A stretch of 64,000 nucleotides of DNA from Alphaproteobacteria bacterium (GCA_964291215.2 OZ219791.1:64001-128000); one strand, 5' to 3'; counted from the first letter of the stretch, positions 51,452-62,932 are shown. Numbers and translations are program-made. The notes: generated from the sequence alone by a model not told the origin.

Positions 51452-53151
51452 CAAGGTGATCCCATGCTTGTTGATGTGATGTGATCGGAGTCCTGATCGC
51501 GGCGCGGGGCGCGATTGGTCGGCGTATCCGGGGCGAGCGAGAGGCCTTGGTTGCCGGGCTCGAAAGCTTGCGGTTTCTGTCGGGGAGAGAGACGCGGTCA
51601 GCCTGGTCTTGTGATTGCGTGCAGGACCTGCTTGCGCTTGTCGGCATGGTGGGAAGCTGTTGAAGGGTTTGGGCAGCTTGTTGCGGATGATGAGTGCGAG
51701 GGTGATCGCGTTGTTTGCGGGCGCGTTCGGAGCATGGAGTCGTCTTCGCGGAAGGTGGCATCGCGGACATGATGATGGCTCTCGACCCCCCGGTGTCCGC
51801 GATTCCATGCGAGCAACTGTTGCGGCGAGGCGCGTTCGGCCGAGGTCATGGCGTGTTCCGTATTTCCTGAATTCGACGCGCCGGGTGACGCGGAAGATCT
51901 GCCTGACATAGTTGATCATCTTCGCTAGCGGGGTGAAGATGGTGCGCTGGCGGCCATGCGCGGGCTTTTCGCTGTAGCGCTGGCGGTCTTCCAGTTGATG
52001 CTCTCTCGAAGGTGCGTTGCCCTTGACCATCAGTCCGCGCGACGGGTCTCGATGATCAGCCTCGCGGGTGGTGTGGAGCGCGTCGAGGGTGAGCAGACGG
52101 CCGTCGCGGCGTGGACGGCAGCGATCTCCCCGTCGTGACAGTTGAGGATCGAATGCCGGCCAGCGAGACCGTCTCGTAATGATCCTCGCCGGTGCGCTTG
52201 CCGTCGACCGCGTTGCCGACCTGCGGCTGCGCGCCGCATCCTCGATCCATCCCGGGTCGGTGTTCTGCAGCACCCGGTGCACGGTCGATTTGGAGACCGG
52301 CTTGTCCCTGTTCTTCCATGCTGCTCCAGCTCCTTCTGCGTCGTAGTGCGCCGCCGCAACCGTGCCGGTTCGCAAGCCAGCAAAATCACGCACAGCACCG
52401 AGGCGATGCGGTGCCCCTGCGCACGCCGGAAAGCGCCGCTGATAAATCGAGCGCAACTCCTGCGCCGACCAGTGGCGCCCGCAACTCCCACGCCACAGGA
52501 AGCGGCGAACGATCCCGCAGCCGACATCGCGACGCAGCGGAAACACGTAAAGATCCTTCGCCTCCCCGGTCGGTATAGCGCCCGCTGGCGCGCGCATAGC
52601 TCCTGCCAACGCACTCCCAGTTCGCCGCCTTGTACATGGTGCCGCTGAACTTCGTCGGCAAGACAAACGACTCCGCAACAAGCAACGGATGGCCGTACGC
52701 AGCCTCCCAGTCGCCGCCGCACCATCCGCGACAACGCAAACGAGGCAAGGCCCGGAAACGACCACCAGGAACAACAAACCTCGTGTTGTTCCCGGCAACC
52801 GCCTGAACTGTTCCTCGCGGCGCCAGCCAATCCAACGGGTGCGCAGCTGAGGGCGCCCGTCTGCCAGCCCGCAGCACCAATCCACCGCCCGCGCCAGGTA
52901 AACACGCAGACCTCGACCGGCAAACTGCTTGAAACCAAGATACGGTCAACAACACGGTTCCAGCGACATCAGGCCGCGCAAGGCGCACAACCACATCCCG
53001 GAGCGCAAAACCCTCCAGAGTCGTCTCAAAAAAATCCGCTGCCCCCACGACAACGGATACTATGTCGCTTCACAAAAAGCCAGCGAAAATGCGAATCATC
53101 CTGAACAAGCAAAACCGACCCTTCCAACAAACCTAGCGTGGGATCGCCGTG
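51452..53151 (-). mobile_element. ISAs1-family element with DUF4338-like N-terminal region (degenerate, no TSD)
   Basis: IRs CAAGGTGATCCCATGCT / CACGGCGATCCCACGCT; NNTRF, YGHPLLVAESFV, GTMYKAANW; AVDGK, LTLDALHT, HHVRDATFRED. Confidence 0.78.
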
Positions 53152-53310
53152 CTTCAAGCAGGTTCCGCCCTTGAATATCCAGCTCTCGCGCAGCGCATCG
53201 TGACTATGGATGCCCCAAAGGAGCCAGCCGAGCACATAGTCCTTTTCGACGACATGCGGGTTGAGCCCGAGCGCGCTCGCAGCGTCGATGATTTCGCGTT
53301 TGTCGATCAC
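53152..53310 (-). pseudogene. Second AbiEii-like toxin, 5' remnant
   Basis: VVEKDYVLGWLL...WIFKGGTCLK then IS end. Confidence 0.82.
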
Positions 53311-54038
53311 GAGCCTGCCTCCTTCACCCAGCTTTCCGGCACCCACAGTCGCCAGCGCGAGACGAGCTTCGTGCATTCTAGCGCCGGATCGAGCCGGGCG
53401 TTGCCCTTGGTCAACCGCATGCGGCAATCCTCAGCCAGCGGGTCTCCGCGCCGTTCGGACAGAAAGCCAAGCCGCTTGAAGATGGCACCGTTGCCGAGTG
53501 CCTCGGCAGAGTCAATCAGCGCATCATTGTTGCGGTCCGGCCGCTTGAGGTAGGCGTCCAGGCAGTCGGAGACATGCTGGATTCCGCCGCCAAGACCGGG
53601 ATCGTCGAGCATGTCCACGATGGTGCGGTGAATGTCGGAGACCTGGATTTTTGAGCGCCCGCGCCAGACCGTACGGGTGCCGAAGATTCGAGATTCCGGA
53701 ATGTGATAGAGCGTAAACTGAGCGCCGTGGCGGACCTGGTGCTTTTCGCGCACCGTCTGCGCTGTCATCACAACGATATCGCGGAAAAGCTGTTCGGTAA
53801 GGTCCCAGTGCTCGGCGGCGGTCCGTCCACCGATATAGCCCGGCGCATAGAGAGCCGGGACGAGGATCCACGGGTCGTCGAGAACATGTTCGCTTTCAAG
53901 CGAGTCCAGCGCAGCCGGGACATAGCGGCCCCGCCCCACCCGCCGCAACCAGCCCTGCGTCGTCCAGCGGGAGAGCAGCTTCGAGGCGTCGGCACGATCA
54001 AGCGATAGAGTCCGCACAACATCGTCGATGCGGATCAC
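53307..54038 (-). CDS. Second AbiEi-like antitoxin (start may lie further upstream)
   Basis: GWLRRVGRGRY, YIGGRTAAEHWDLTEQ, SDIHRTIVD, KRLGFL. Confidence 0.82.
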   Translation of the reverse strand: MIRIDDVVRTLSLDRADASKLLSRWTTQGWLRRVGRGRYVPAALDSLESEHVLDDPWILVPALYAPGYIGGRTAAEHWDLTEQLFRDIVVMTAQTVREKHQVRHGAQFTLYHIPESRIFGTRTVWRGRSKIQVSDIHRTIVDMLDDPGLGGGIQHVSDCLDAYLKRPDRNNDALIDSAEALGNGAIFKRLGFLSERRGDPLAEDCRMRLTKGNARLDPALECTKLVSRWRLWVPESWVKEAGS

Positions 54039-54110
54039 ATCGCCGGCGGCCTGTATGACCGAAACGAGCCTGTGCCGGCCGCGCGGTATGGATGGTTGGT
54101 CTACGATCTT

Positions 54111-54167
54111 ATATACTCTAATGTTATTTTATCACATTTTATGTGAAAATAAGACATTTGAGTGTAT
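54111..54167. promoter_or_regulatory. Candidate operator of second AbiE module
   Basis: 27-bp imperfect inverted arms (about 21/27) around a TTT spacer, core TCACAT-TTT-ATGTGA. Confidence 0.6.
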
Positions 54168-54343
54168 ATGCGATCAGGTGGCGAGTTAAGCAAGATCAGT
54201 ATACCATACAAGCGAAAATTCACGATTTTCGTGAATTTTTCTCATCGCAATGTTGATCCGCCTGCCGGCAGCCGGGAGGCAACGCTGTGGACAGGGACTG
54301 AAATCTGTTTGGGGGAACAAAATAGGTCCGATATCCTGACAAC

Positions 54344-55780
54344 ATGGAAAAAATCGGGGGCTCAATCCGGCTCAGCGCCGACGATCTCGTCGGCTACCTG
54401 AACTGCCATCACCTTTCCGGGCTGGACCGCGCTGTCGCCGAAGGCAAGCGCGCGAAGCCGAAGGTCTGGGACCCGCTGCTCGAGATTCTCTGGGAACGGG
54501 GATCGATTCACGAGCAGAACTATGTCGATCATCTGAAAGGCAGCGGGCTCGGCGTTATCAGGATCGACGGCGTCGATGTCACGGCTGCCGCTGTCGCCGA
54601 GACCCTTGCCGCGATGAAGGACGGCACCGAGGTGATCGTCCAGGATGCGCTCGCGCATGACGGCTGGGCCGGCCGCGCCGATATTCTGCGCCGCATCGAA
54701 ACGCCCAGCGCCCTGGGTGCATGGTCTTACGAAGCGATCGATACCAAGCTCGCCCGCGAGACCAAGGCGGGCACGGTGCTCCAGCTCTGCCTGTATTCCG
54801 ACCTGCTGCACGAGGCACAGGGCGCGCCGCCGGAATGGATGTACGTGATTGCGCCGTGGTCGGATTTCGAGCCGCAATGCTACCGCTTCGCTGACTGTGG
54901 CGCTTACTTCCGCCAGGTCAAAAACGGGTTGTTGCGCAGCCTGGCCGGACAGAGCGCGCCAGAAACCTATCCCGATCCGGTCGTGCACTGCGATATCTGC
55001 CGGTGGCGCGAGGATTGCGACCAGCGCCGGCGCGATGACGATCATCTGTGCCTCGTCGCCGACATCTCCAAACTCCAGATAAATGAACTGAAGGCACACG
55101 GGATCGCCACAACGCAGGATCTTGCGCAGATGGAACTGCCGCTCGCCTGGAAGCCGGAGCGCGGCTCGGCCGAAGCGATAACCCGCATTCGCGAACAGGC
55201 GCGGATTCAGTGGGAGGCCCGGCAGGCCGGCGAGCGCAAATGCGAGGTTCTGCCGCCCGAACACGGCTTCGGTCTGACGCGCCTGCCGGATCCGTCAAAA
55301 GGCGACATATTTCTCGACCTCGAAGGCGACCCGTTCGTCGGCGAGCACGGCCTCAAATATCTGTTCGGCTATCTCTACGAAGGCGAAGACGGACAATGCG
55401 TTTACGAGGGCGACTGGGCCTTTACCCGCGCTGAGGAAAAACAGGCCTTCGAACGGTTCGTCGATTTCGTGATGGCGCGGTGGGAGGCCTGTCCCGACCT
55501 TCACATCTACCATTACGTGCCCTACGAACCGGCCGCGCTCAAGCGCCTGATGGGCCGGTATGCCAGCCGGGAAGAAGAGATCGACCGGATGCTGCGGGCA
55601 GGGCTGTTCGTCGATCTTTATCAGGTCGTGCGGCACGCGGTGCGCACGAGCGTGGAAAGCTATTCGATCAAGCAGCTCGAACCGTTTTTCGGCTTCGAAC
55701 GCGATACCGCCCTCCCCGACACCAATGCGGCGCTCGCCAACCTGCAGGCCAATCTCGAACTCGATGACGCGACCTCGATC
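54344..55780 (+). pseudogene. TM0106-family RecB-like nuclease, truncated (downstream domains lost)
   Basis: LSADDL..YLNC.H, GRADIL, DTKLAR, QLCLYS, FLDLEGDP, YSIKQLE; sequence switches to IS630 at CTCGATC. Confidence 0.82.
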
Positions 55781-56116
55781 ACTTCCGCCACCTTCTCGTC
55801 CGCGATGCTCCGCGGGCGTCCCGGCCGGGGCTCAGCCCCTCGATGCGGTCCTTGACAAAGCGCTTGCGCCACTTGCCGACGGTGTGCACGCCGATCTCTG
55901 CGGCCACCGCCTTGTTGCCAAGCCCGTCCGCGCAACGCAGGATTATGCGGCTCCGACAGCGAGCGCGCCACACGGTGGCGGCGAACCTGCGCCTCCAGAT
56001 ACGACCGATTACTCAAGACCAGCACCGCCAAGGGCCGTCCCGTGGCATCGCCATGACCTCCGTGTTCACACTCCGACCGCCATCATACAATTATACTTAC
56101 TTCAGTTCCAGATGAT
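55774..56116 (-). mobile_element. IS630 type b 5' remnant
   Basis: Reverse complement matches 47708-about 48045. Confidence 0.85.
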
Positions 56117-56134
56117 TAGCATGGGATCGTCGTG
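56117..56134 (-). mobile_element. Isolated ISAs1 terminal inverted repeat
   Basis: TAGCATGGGATCGTCGTG matches TAGCGTGGGATCGCCGTG at 53134-53151. Confidence 0.65.
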
Positions 56135-57127
56135 CGGCACTCACGGTCCCATGACCGTCGAGCAGGCCCGGACCAAGGCGCGGGGTATCATCGCCGATGC
56201 GAAAGCTGGGCAAGACCCGTCCGCGGAGCACTCCCAGATGCGGAAGTCTCCGAAGATGAAGGAGCTCGGCCAGCGCTTCCTCGATGAGTACGTACCGACC
56301 CACTGTCGCCCTACGACCGAGAGAGAGTATCGGCGCTCGGTCGAGCTCTTCATCAACCCTGAGATCGGTACGCGGAAGGTCATCGATATCGAGCGTACCG
56401 ACATCGCCAAGCTGCACCATGGGTTGCGCGACAAGTCGTACCAAGCCAACCGCACGCTTGGCGTCCTTTCCAAGATGTTCAGTCTGGGGGAGATCTGGGG
56501 CCTTCGCCCAGACGGGTCGAACACCTGCCGACATGTGAAGAAATACAAAGAGGAAAAGCGCGAGCGATTTCTTTCCGACGAAGAGTATAAGCGGCTCGGT
56601 GAGGCGCTGTGCAAAGCCGAGGCTGAAAAGACAGAAACCCAATCAGCGATTGATGCAATCTGGCTGCTCATGCTCACAGGCTGCCGACTGAACGAGATTA
56701 TGACCTTGAAGTGGGCGTATGTTGATCTCGAAGCTAAAGAGCTACGTCTGCGCGACTCGAAAACGGGTGCCAAGACCGTTCATCTCGGCACGGCGGCAAT
56801 CGATCGGCTCAAGGTGATCAAGAGGTTTGAAGACAACGAATTCGTCATTATCGGGAAGAAAACCGGTGGACATTTGACGGACCTACAGCATCCGTGGTGG
56901 CGTATTCGGAAAACGGCCGGGCTTGACGATGTACGGCTCCACGACATTCGTCACTCCTTCGCCAGCCGTGGTCTCATCGTTGGCGAAGGCCTTCCAATGA
57001 TCGAAAAGCTGCTGGGACACTCGCAAGTACAAACGACAGCCCGCTATGCCATCTAGCCAACGACCCGATCAAATCGGCGGCTGACCGGGTCGCTCAAACA
57101 ATCTCCGCATCATCCGCGGGTTCCTAG
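56135..57127 (+). pseudogene. Tyrosine integrase paralogous to 33501-34655; 5'-truncated, 1-bp frameshift near the end
   Basis: LTGCRLNEI, HDIRHSFAS, LLGHSQVQTTARYA; GCCATCTAG vs GCCCATCTC in the paralog. Confidence 0.87.
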
Positions 57128-57516
57128 TGATCCAAGGGCCAGGCGTATCGATCGATCCTGACCTTCCGATCTGTGGTCAGGGTGATCTCCATCACGTCGT
57201 TGACGGGCTCGTCACCGGCCAACTGATCCAAGGCGAGCTCGAACAATACCCTTTGGACCTGCAGGCTCATGAGGCCAGGTGCGACATTCAGGCAGACAAG
57301 CCCGGCATGGATGTCCTCGCGGCCAACGAGAGATGTAAAGTCCGTCGTATTGTTGGTGACGAGCACATAGCCGTCTTCGACGGCGCGTCGAACGATGGTC
57401 CAATCCTTCTTCAATCGGAGACCGCGCCACGTGACGTGCGTCGACAAGGAGAAACCCCGATTCCGTGCGATTGCGACAAGATCAGGGCTCAGGCACTCGT
57501 CGATCAGAAACTTCAC
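57124..57516 (-). CDS. DUF5615 PIN-like protein
   Basis: MKFLIDECLSP, DWTIV, LVTNNTTDF. Confidence 0.82.
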   Translation of the reverse strand: MKFLIDECLSPDLVAIARNRGFSLSTHVTWRGLRLKKDWTIVRRAVEDGYVLVTNNTTDFTSLVGREDIHAGLVCLNVAPGLMSLQVQRVLFELALDQLAGDEPVNDVMEITLTTDRKVRIDRYAWPLDH

Positions 57517-58136
57517 GAGGCCTGCAGCAACTTGTCGAGCTCAACCTTTTTTGAGGCGCGCTGCTTGGTTTTCCGCCACTCCGGCTGCTGGCGTGGACGA
57601 CCGCGACGAGGGTACACCTCGGCGTAGATTGCGGCGGCAGTCACCTGCCCTTCGGTCAGCGTCGGGTAGGCCGCAAGAATCGCAGCAACTTGGTCCCCAT
57701 TGGCCAGCATTTCGGCAATGTCGTGAACTGCAATCCGCGTGCCCTTGAAGCACGGCACGCCGCCCAGAATGTCCTTGTCGCTCACGATCATTTTTCTGGC
57801 CTTCTCCAGCGATGTAATGCCTCGCTTCACATCATTCTTCATAGGGCGCACGTCGACGGAAACTGCGTCCTCTCGGACCGTCTTCGCCTCAGGATCGTCG
57901 AGGACATGGCGTACAAGCCGCCGCCGGCCTTCCAAGGTCAAGATCTCGGTCGTTTCATAGGCAAGCTTCAGGCCGACCAGCGCGTGTTTCAAAATCACGC
58001 GCGCGCCTTTGCGGCTCTTCACGGAGTTGCCCAACAGCCCTGCATCGATGATCCGATGCACCTGCTTCAACGGCACTCCTGTCACACAAGCTGCTTCATT
58101 GACCGACAGTGCTAGTTCTTCGGGCCTCATCGCCAT
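57513..58136 (-). CDS. DUF433 domain protein with N-terminal HTH
   Basis: DILGGVPCFKGTRIAV..I, YPTLT, YPRRGRP. Confidence 0.82.
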   Translation of the reverse strand: MAMRPEELALSVNEAACVTGVPLKQVHRIIDAGLLGNSVKSRKGARVILKHALVGLKLAYETTEILTLEGRRRLVRHVLDDPEAKTVREDAVSVDVRPMKNDVKRGITSLEKARKMIVSDKDILGGVPCFKGTRIAVHDIAEMLANGDQVAAILAAYPTLTEGQVTAAAIYAEVYPRRGRPRQQPEWRKTKQRASKKVELDKLLQAS

Positions 58137-58238
58137 AACCCTTCCTCTGATCTGGAAAGAATATAGGCGATTCCGATGAGGAATTCCAGTGCGAAAGGTT
58201 CGGCGCCGGCCCTCCATTCGATGGTTAAGATTCGTTAA

Positions 58239-58547
58239 TCACCCCTCCCGCCGGTTCCAAACGAGGAAAGCCGCGCCGTCTCCCTCGAACAGCGCCGCCC
58301 GGATCGGTTCTGGAAAGCTGGGATCGTCGAGCTGGACGCTCAGATAGTCGCGCGGTTCCTCGCCGTTGGACTTGGCCTTCCACGCGGCGCCGAGCTCGGC
58401 CCGGCCGGCATAGACGCGGAAGTCCGGTGCGCCCTCACTCTTCTTCTGGTCGTTGGCGACGATCCTCGCCTTGACGTTGACCGTCAGAGTCCGGATCGTT
58501 CCGACATAGCCGTCCTTGCCGGCCGTGAAGCTTCCAATGGTAGCCAT
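58239..58547 (-). CDS. DUF736 family protein (ICE/plasmid associated)
   Basis: MATIGSF, GTIRTLT, APDFRV, ELGAAW, YLSVQLDDPSF. Confidence 0.88.
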   Translation of the reverse strand: MATIGSFTAGKDGYVGTIRTLTVNVKARIVANDQKKSEGAPDFRVYAGRAELGAAWKAKSNGEEPRDYLSVQLDDPSFPEPIRAALFEGDGAAFLVWNRREG

Positions 58548-59814
58548 CGTTCAGGTTTCCGTGCGTTGAGGTTAATCGAAGAAAAGAGTGCTTTGATGTA
58601 ACTGCTCACCCCCTGGTTTCGGCTTGATGTCGGGGTAGAGCAACGAACGGGTTTTCGTGGAGATTTGACACTGCAGGCCGATTCGTTTAGTGGTGGTAAT
58701 CGAGAACGACGGAGACCGCCAGTGGGCTACTTTGGATCGAAGGCGACGAGCGGGCTGTGCCAGCTGCTTCCGGGGCTCCAGCCCCCGCATGATCTGTATG
58801 TGGAAACGCATCTCGGAGGCGGCGCGCTGATGAAGCGCAAGGCCGGGTGATGGCGACGGGCGGCGCGCGAGGAGTTCGAAGCGGCCAAGGCGCTGCCGGC
58901 AAGGTGGCGGAAGAGGCCGTGATCCGCGTCCTCGTCATCCTGCTCGACATCATCATCGTCGTCCTTCTGGAGAAGACCACGCACGAGCCGGAACTCCGGT
59001 CTGCCGCCGTCACAGACGGACAAGAGCGTGCCGGGAGCAACGGCCCGAAGCCGAACCGGCAGATGGGCGACAACCTGCCATCGTCGAGGAGACGGTCGCG
59101 GCCTGCGACGCCTGCGGCGCCGACGGCCCCGTCGATCGGGAGCGCCGCACGACATCGTGTTCGAGGTCGTCGAGCGCCGAGATCAAGGAATGCCCGAAGT
59201 GCAAGGCCCGGGGCCGGTTCCCCGACAACATCCCGTGCAGTACGGCATCGGCATCCAGGCCCTCGTTATCAACCTGCTGGTCGCCCAGATGCTGTCCCTG
59301 CGCCGTGCCGTCGCGCTCGTGCAGGCGATATCAAGCTCTCCGAGGCCTCGGCTATGCTTTCACGATGCGTCATGGGAGGAGGCCGCCGTGGCGCACCTCC
59401 TGCAACGCCCGATGTCGACGATTTCGGATCAACAGCAAGTGGCTTCATGTCGTGGGACCCTGACGTGCAAGTTCCCGCACCGCAAGCGCGGGCAAGAGAT
59501 CGGCCCGTGCTACAAGGGCGTCCTGGGCCTCGTACATGGGCCAGTGTAGCCACCAGCGGCAGCCACCTGCTGCGCAAACTGACCTTTGTCGTCGAGGCTA
59601 CCGCGCGACTGATGAAGAGCCTGCTCCCTGCCACAAGGTCAACAAGAGCGCATCCAAAACCCTGAACGACGCCGGGCGCAAGCGCTACCGCACCATCAGG
59701 GCGCCAGGGAACTGCCCGACATCCCGCCGCCGCCGAAAGGAAAACGCATAGCAAACGCGCACAACCTGCACGAACGTCTCGTGAAACACGAAAACCTGCG
59801 CTTCATAGACAACC

Positions 59815-61437
59815 ATCGCGGTAGGGAACCGGGTTACCCCCCGCACAGAACCGGACGTGCGCTGTTCGCTCCTCCCCTGACGACAAGGCGCTGGTTTGGC
59901 CACGGGTGGCGGATGCTGGCTCAGTGGGCAGCGGCGAGGGTGTCTATGTCCCCGGTGAAGTCCTTTTGGGAGCGTCGCCGAAGGGCACGCAGCTGTTTGC
60001 ATTGGTGTATGAACTTCTGCAGGCTGCTTCCTGGAACGGCGTAGTAGCAGCCGTTGATAACTCACCACTTGGCCGTTTCGTGCCGGTTATCGTGCCACCG
60101 CCTGCGCAAGGCCTCCTTGATCCGCCGCAGGGTGCCCGTTTGCGACCGACCCTGAACCTGCCTTTCCTCGTCTGTTCGCAGAAGTGCGTCATGCCGAGGA
60201 AGTCGAACGTCTTGTCCACGCTTCCGGTGGTTCGCTCTGGCAAACCGACCGAACTCGATGATTTTCCGGGTGCAGTTCAAGTGGGCCAGTCTCTCCCCAA
60301 GGTCTCGGAGAAAGCGCCGCGCGTCGCTCAGATGCTGAAAGCCGCACACGAAGTCGTCCGCATAGCGGACAATGATCGTGTCGCCTCCAGCCATCCGCTT
60401 GCGCCAATGGTTCTGGAACCAGTCGCACGTAGTGCAGGTAGACGTTCGCAAGGCATGGCGCCGCCCCTTGCGGTGTTCCCTTGCCAGTCGGTCCCTTCCA
60501 TGACGCCGGCGTCACTTGATGATCAGACCCCCCGATCCGTTTCCCGAGCATCGCGACTAGATGGTCGCGGTCGAGATTGTCGAAGAACCCACGGATGTCG
60601 GCGTCAACGATCCAGTTGACCTTCCGCCGTTCCACCGTGACGGCATCGAGCGCATGATGCGTCCCGCGCCCCGGCCGGAAGCCGTAACTAAACCCGAGGA
60701 ACTCCGTCTCGCGGCACCAGAATCACACCGCCCGCTGAAGAATCTTGTCCGAGGCAAGCGGTCGTTGCCCTCCATCCTCCTTGGGTATGTAAACCCGCCG
60801 AGATGGAGGCGCCCGGTACGCACCCCTGTGCACACGGGCGTGCAGCAGTTCCACACCCTCCGCGTACGCTTGCCACACAACGCCCCGCCGCCGCGTCCTT
60901 CCTCAAGGAGTGGAACGCATCGTGCAGAACATCGACCGTCACGTGGTGGAGTAAAGACGCTCTTCCGGGTTCCTCTTCGCTACCTGCGTTCAGCCGCCTG
61001 TGACCCCCGCTTCTGCGCGCGGCGCGGGCCAACCGCATTGCCCTTGGCCTTCCCTCCAACAGCTCCGCAGGCTCCGAAGAACCCTTGTTCGCCGCCTTCA
61101 GCGGTACTATGGCCGAATCTGACTTCTCGTTCATCATCGGTTTACGGATTAGTTCCTTTCCTCTGCGGCCCCTCCACGACAGAGGGGCAAGACCTCCCAG
61201 GTCCCTGCTTCGGCGCGTGCCATGGTTCTCGGACCCCGCGGAGCCCCCCTCACCAACGCGGCTCGTTGCCTTCGGCCACGACCTCGGCACTCCGGTTTCA
61301 AAGCATCTCGTGGCTCAATAGCCTGGCCTGCCGCTCCCCAACGCTTCGCCTCACGACGCATGGTTCACGGAGAAAGTGGTGGTTAGCCTCTCTCGGGACT
61401 TGCACCCGGCCACATTCCACCAGTTTGCCTGGCGCAC
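59815..61437 (-). mobile_element. ltrA: Group II intron with degenerate RT (copy A)
   Basis: 5' GTGCGCCAGG, 3' CCCTACCGCGAT; IVDADIRGFFD, IIVRYADD; same IS66 site as copy 1. Confidence 0.92.
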
Positions 61438-62932
61438 ATCGCGGTAGGGAACCGGGTTACCCCGGTCCCCCCCGCACAGAACCGGACGTGCGCTGTTCGC
61501 TCCTCCCCTGACGACAAGGCGCTGGTTTGGCCACGGATGCTGGCTCAGTGGGCAGCGGTGAGGGTGCCTACGTCCCCGGTGAAGTCCTTTTGGGAGCGTC
61601 GCCGAAGGGCACGCAGCTGTTTGCATTGGTGTATGAACTTCTGCAGGCTGCTTCCTGGAACGGCGTAGTAGCAGCCGTTGATAACTCACCACTTGGCCGT
61701 TTCGTGCCGGTTATCGTGCCACCGCCTGCGCAAGGCCTCCTTGATCCGCCGCAGGGTGCCCGTTTGCGAGATGGTTTGCGACCGACCCTGAACCTGCCTT
61801 TCCTCGTCTGTTCGCAGAAGTGCGCCATGCCGAGGAAGTCGAACGTCTCCGGTTTGCCCTGCTTCCGGCGGTTTGCTCTGGCAAACCGACCGAACTCGAT
61901 GATTTTCCGGGTGCAGTTCAAGTGGGCCAGTCTCTCCCCAAGGTCTCGGAGAAAGCGCCGCGCGTCGCCCAGATGCTGAAAGCCGCACACGAAGTCATCC
62001 GCATAATGATCGTGTCGCCTCCAGCCATCCGCTTGCGCCAGTGGTTCTGGAACCAGTCGCACGTAGTGCAGGTAGACGTTCGCAAGGCATGGCGCCGCCC
62101 CTTGCGGTGTTCCCTTGCCAGTCGGTCCCTTCCATGACGCCGGCGTCACTTGATGATCAGACCCCCCGATCCGTTTCCCGAGCATCGCGACCAGATGGTC
62201 GCGGTCGAGATTGTCGAAGGGGCGTCAACGATCCAGTTGACCTTCCGCCGTTCCACCGTGACGGCATCGAGCGCATGATGCGCCCCGGCCGGAAGCCGTA
62301 ACTAAACCCGAGGAACTCCGTCTCGCGGCACCAGAATCACACCGCCCGCTGAAGAATCTTGTCCGAGGCAAGCGGTCGTTGCCCTCCATCCTCCTTGGGT
62401 ATGTAAACCCCGGAGGCGCCCGCCCCTGTGCACACGGGCGTGCAGGCAGTTCCACACCCTCCGCATACGCTTGCCACACAACGCCCCGCCGCCGCGTCCT
62501 TCCTCAAGGAATGGAACGCATCGTGCAGAGCGTCGACCGTCACGTGGTGGAGTAAAGACGCTCTTCCGGGTTCCTCTTCGCTACCTGCGTTCAGCCGCCT
62601 GTGACCCCCGCTTCTGCGCGCGGCGCGGGCCAACCGCATTGCCCTTGGCCTTCCCTCCAACAGCTCCGCAGGCTCCGAAGAACCCTTGTTCGCCGCCTTC
62701 AACGGTACTATGGCCGAATCTGACTTCTCGTTCATCATCGGTTTACGGATTAGTTCCTTTCCTCTGCGGCCCCTCCACGACAGAGGGGCAATTGGAAGAC
62801 CTCCCAGGTCCCTGCTTCGGCCATGGTTCTCGGACCCCGCGGAGCCCCCGTTCGCCTCACCAACGCGGCTCGTTGCCTTCGGCCACGACCTCGGCACTCC
62901 GGTTTCAAAGCATCTCGTGGCTCAATAGCCTG

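Noticed and set aside
55560-57056. 498-aa apparent integrase with long N-terminal extension
   Set aside because: Accidental read-through of TM0106 off-frame, IS630 and ISAs1 remnants into a truncated integrase
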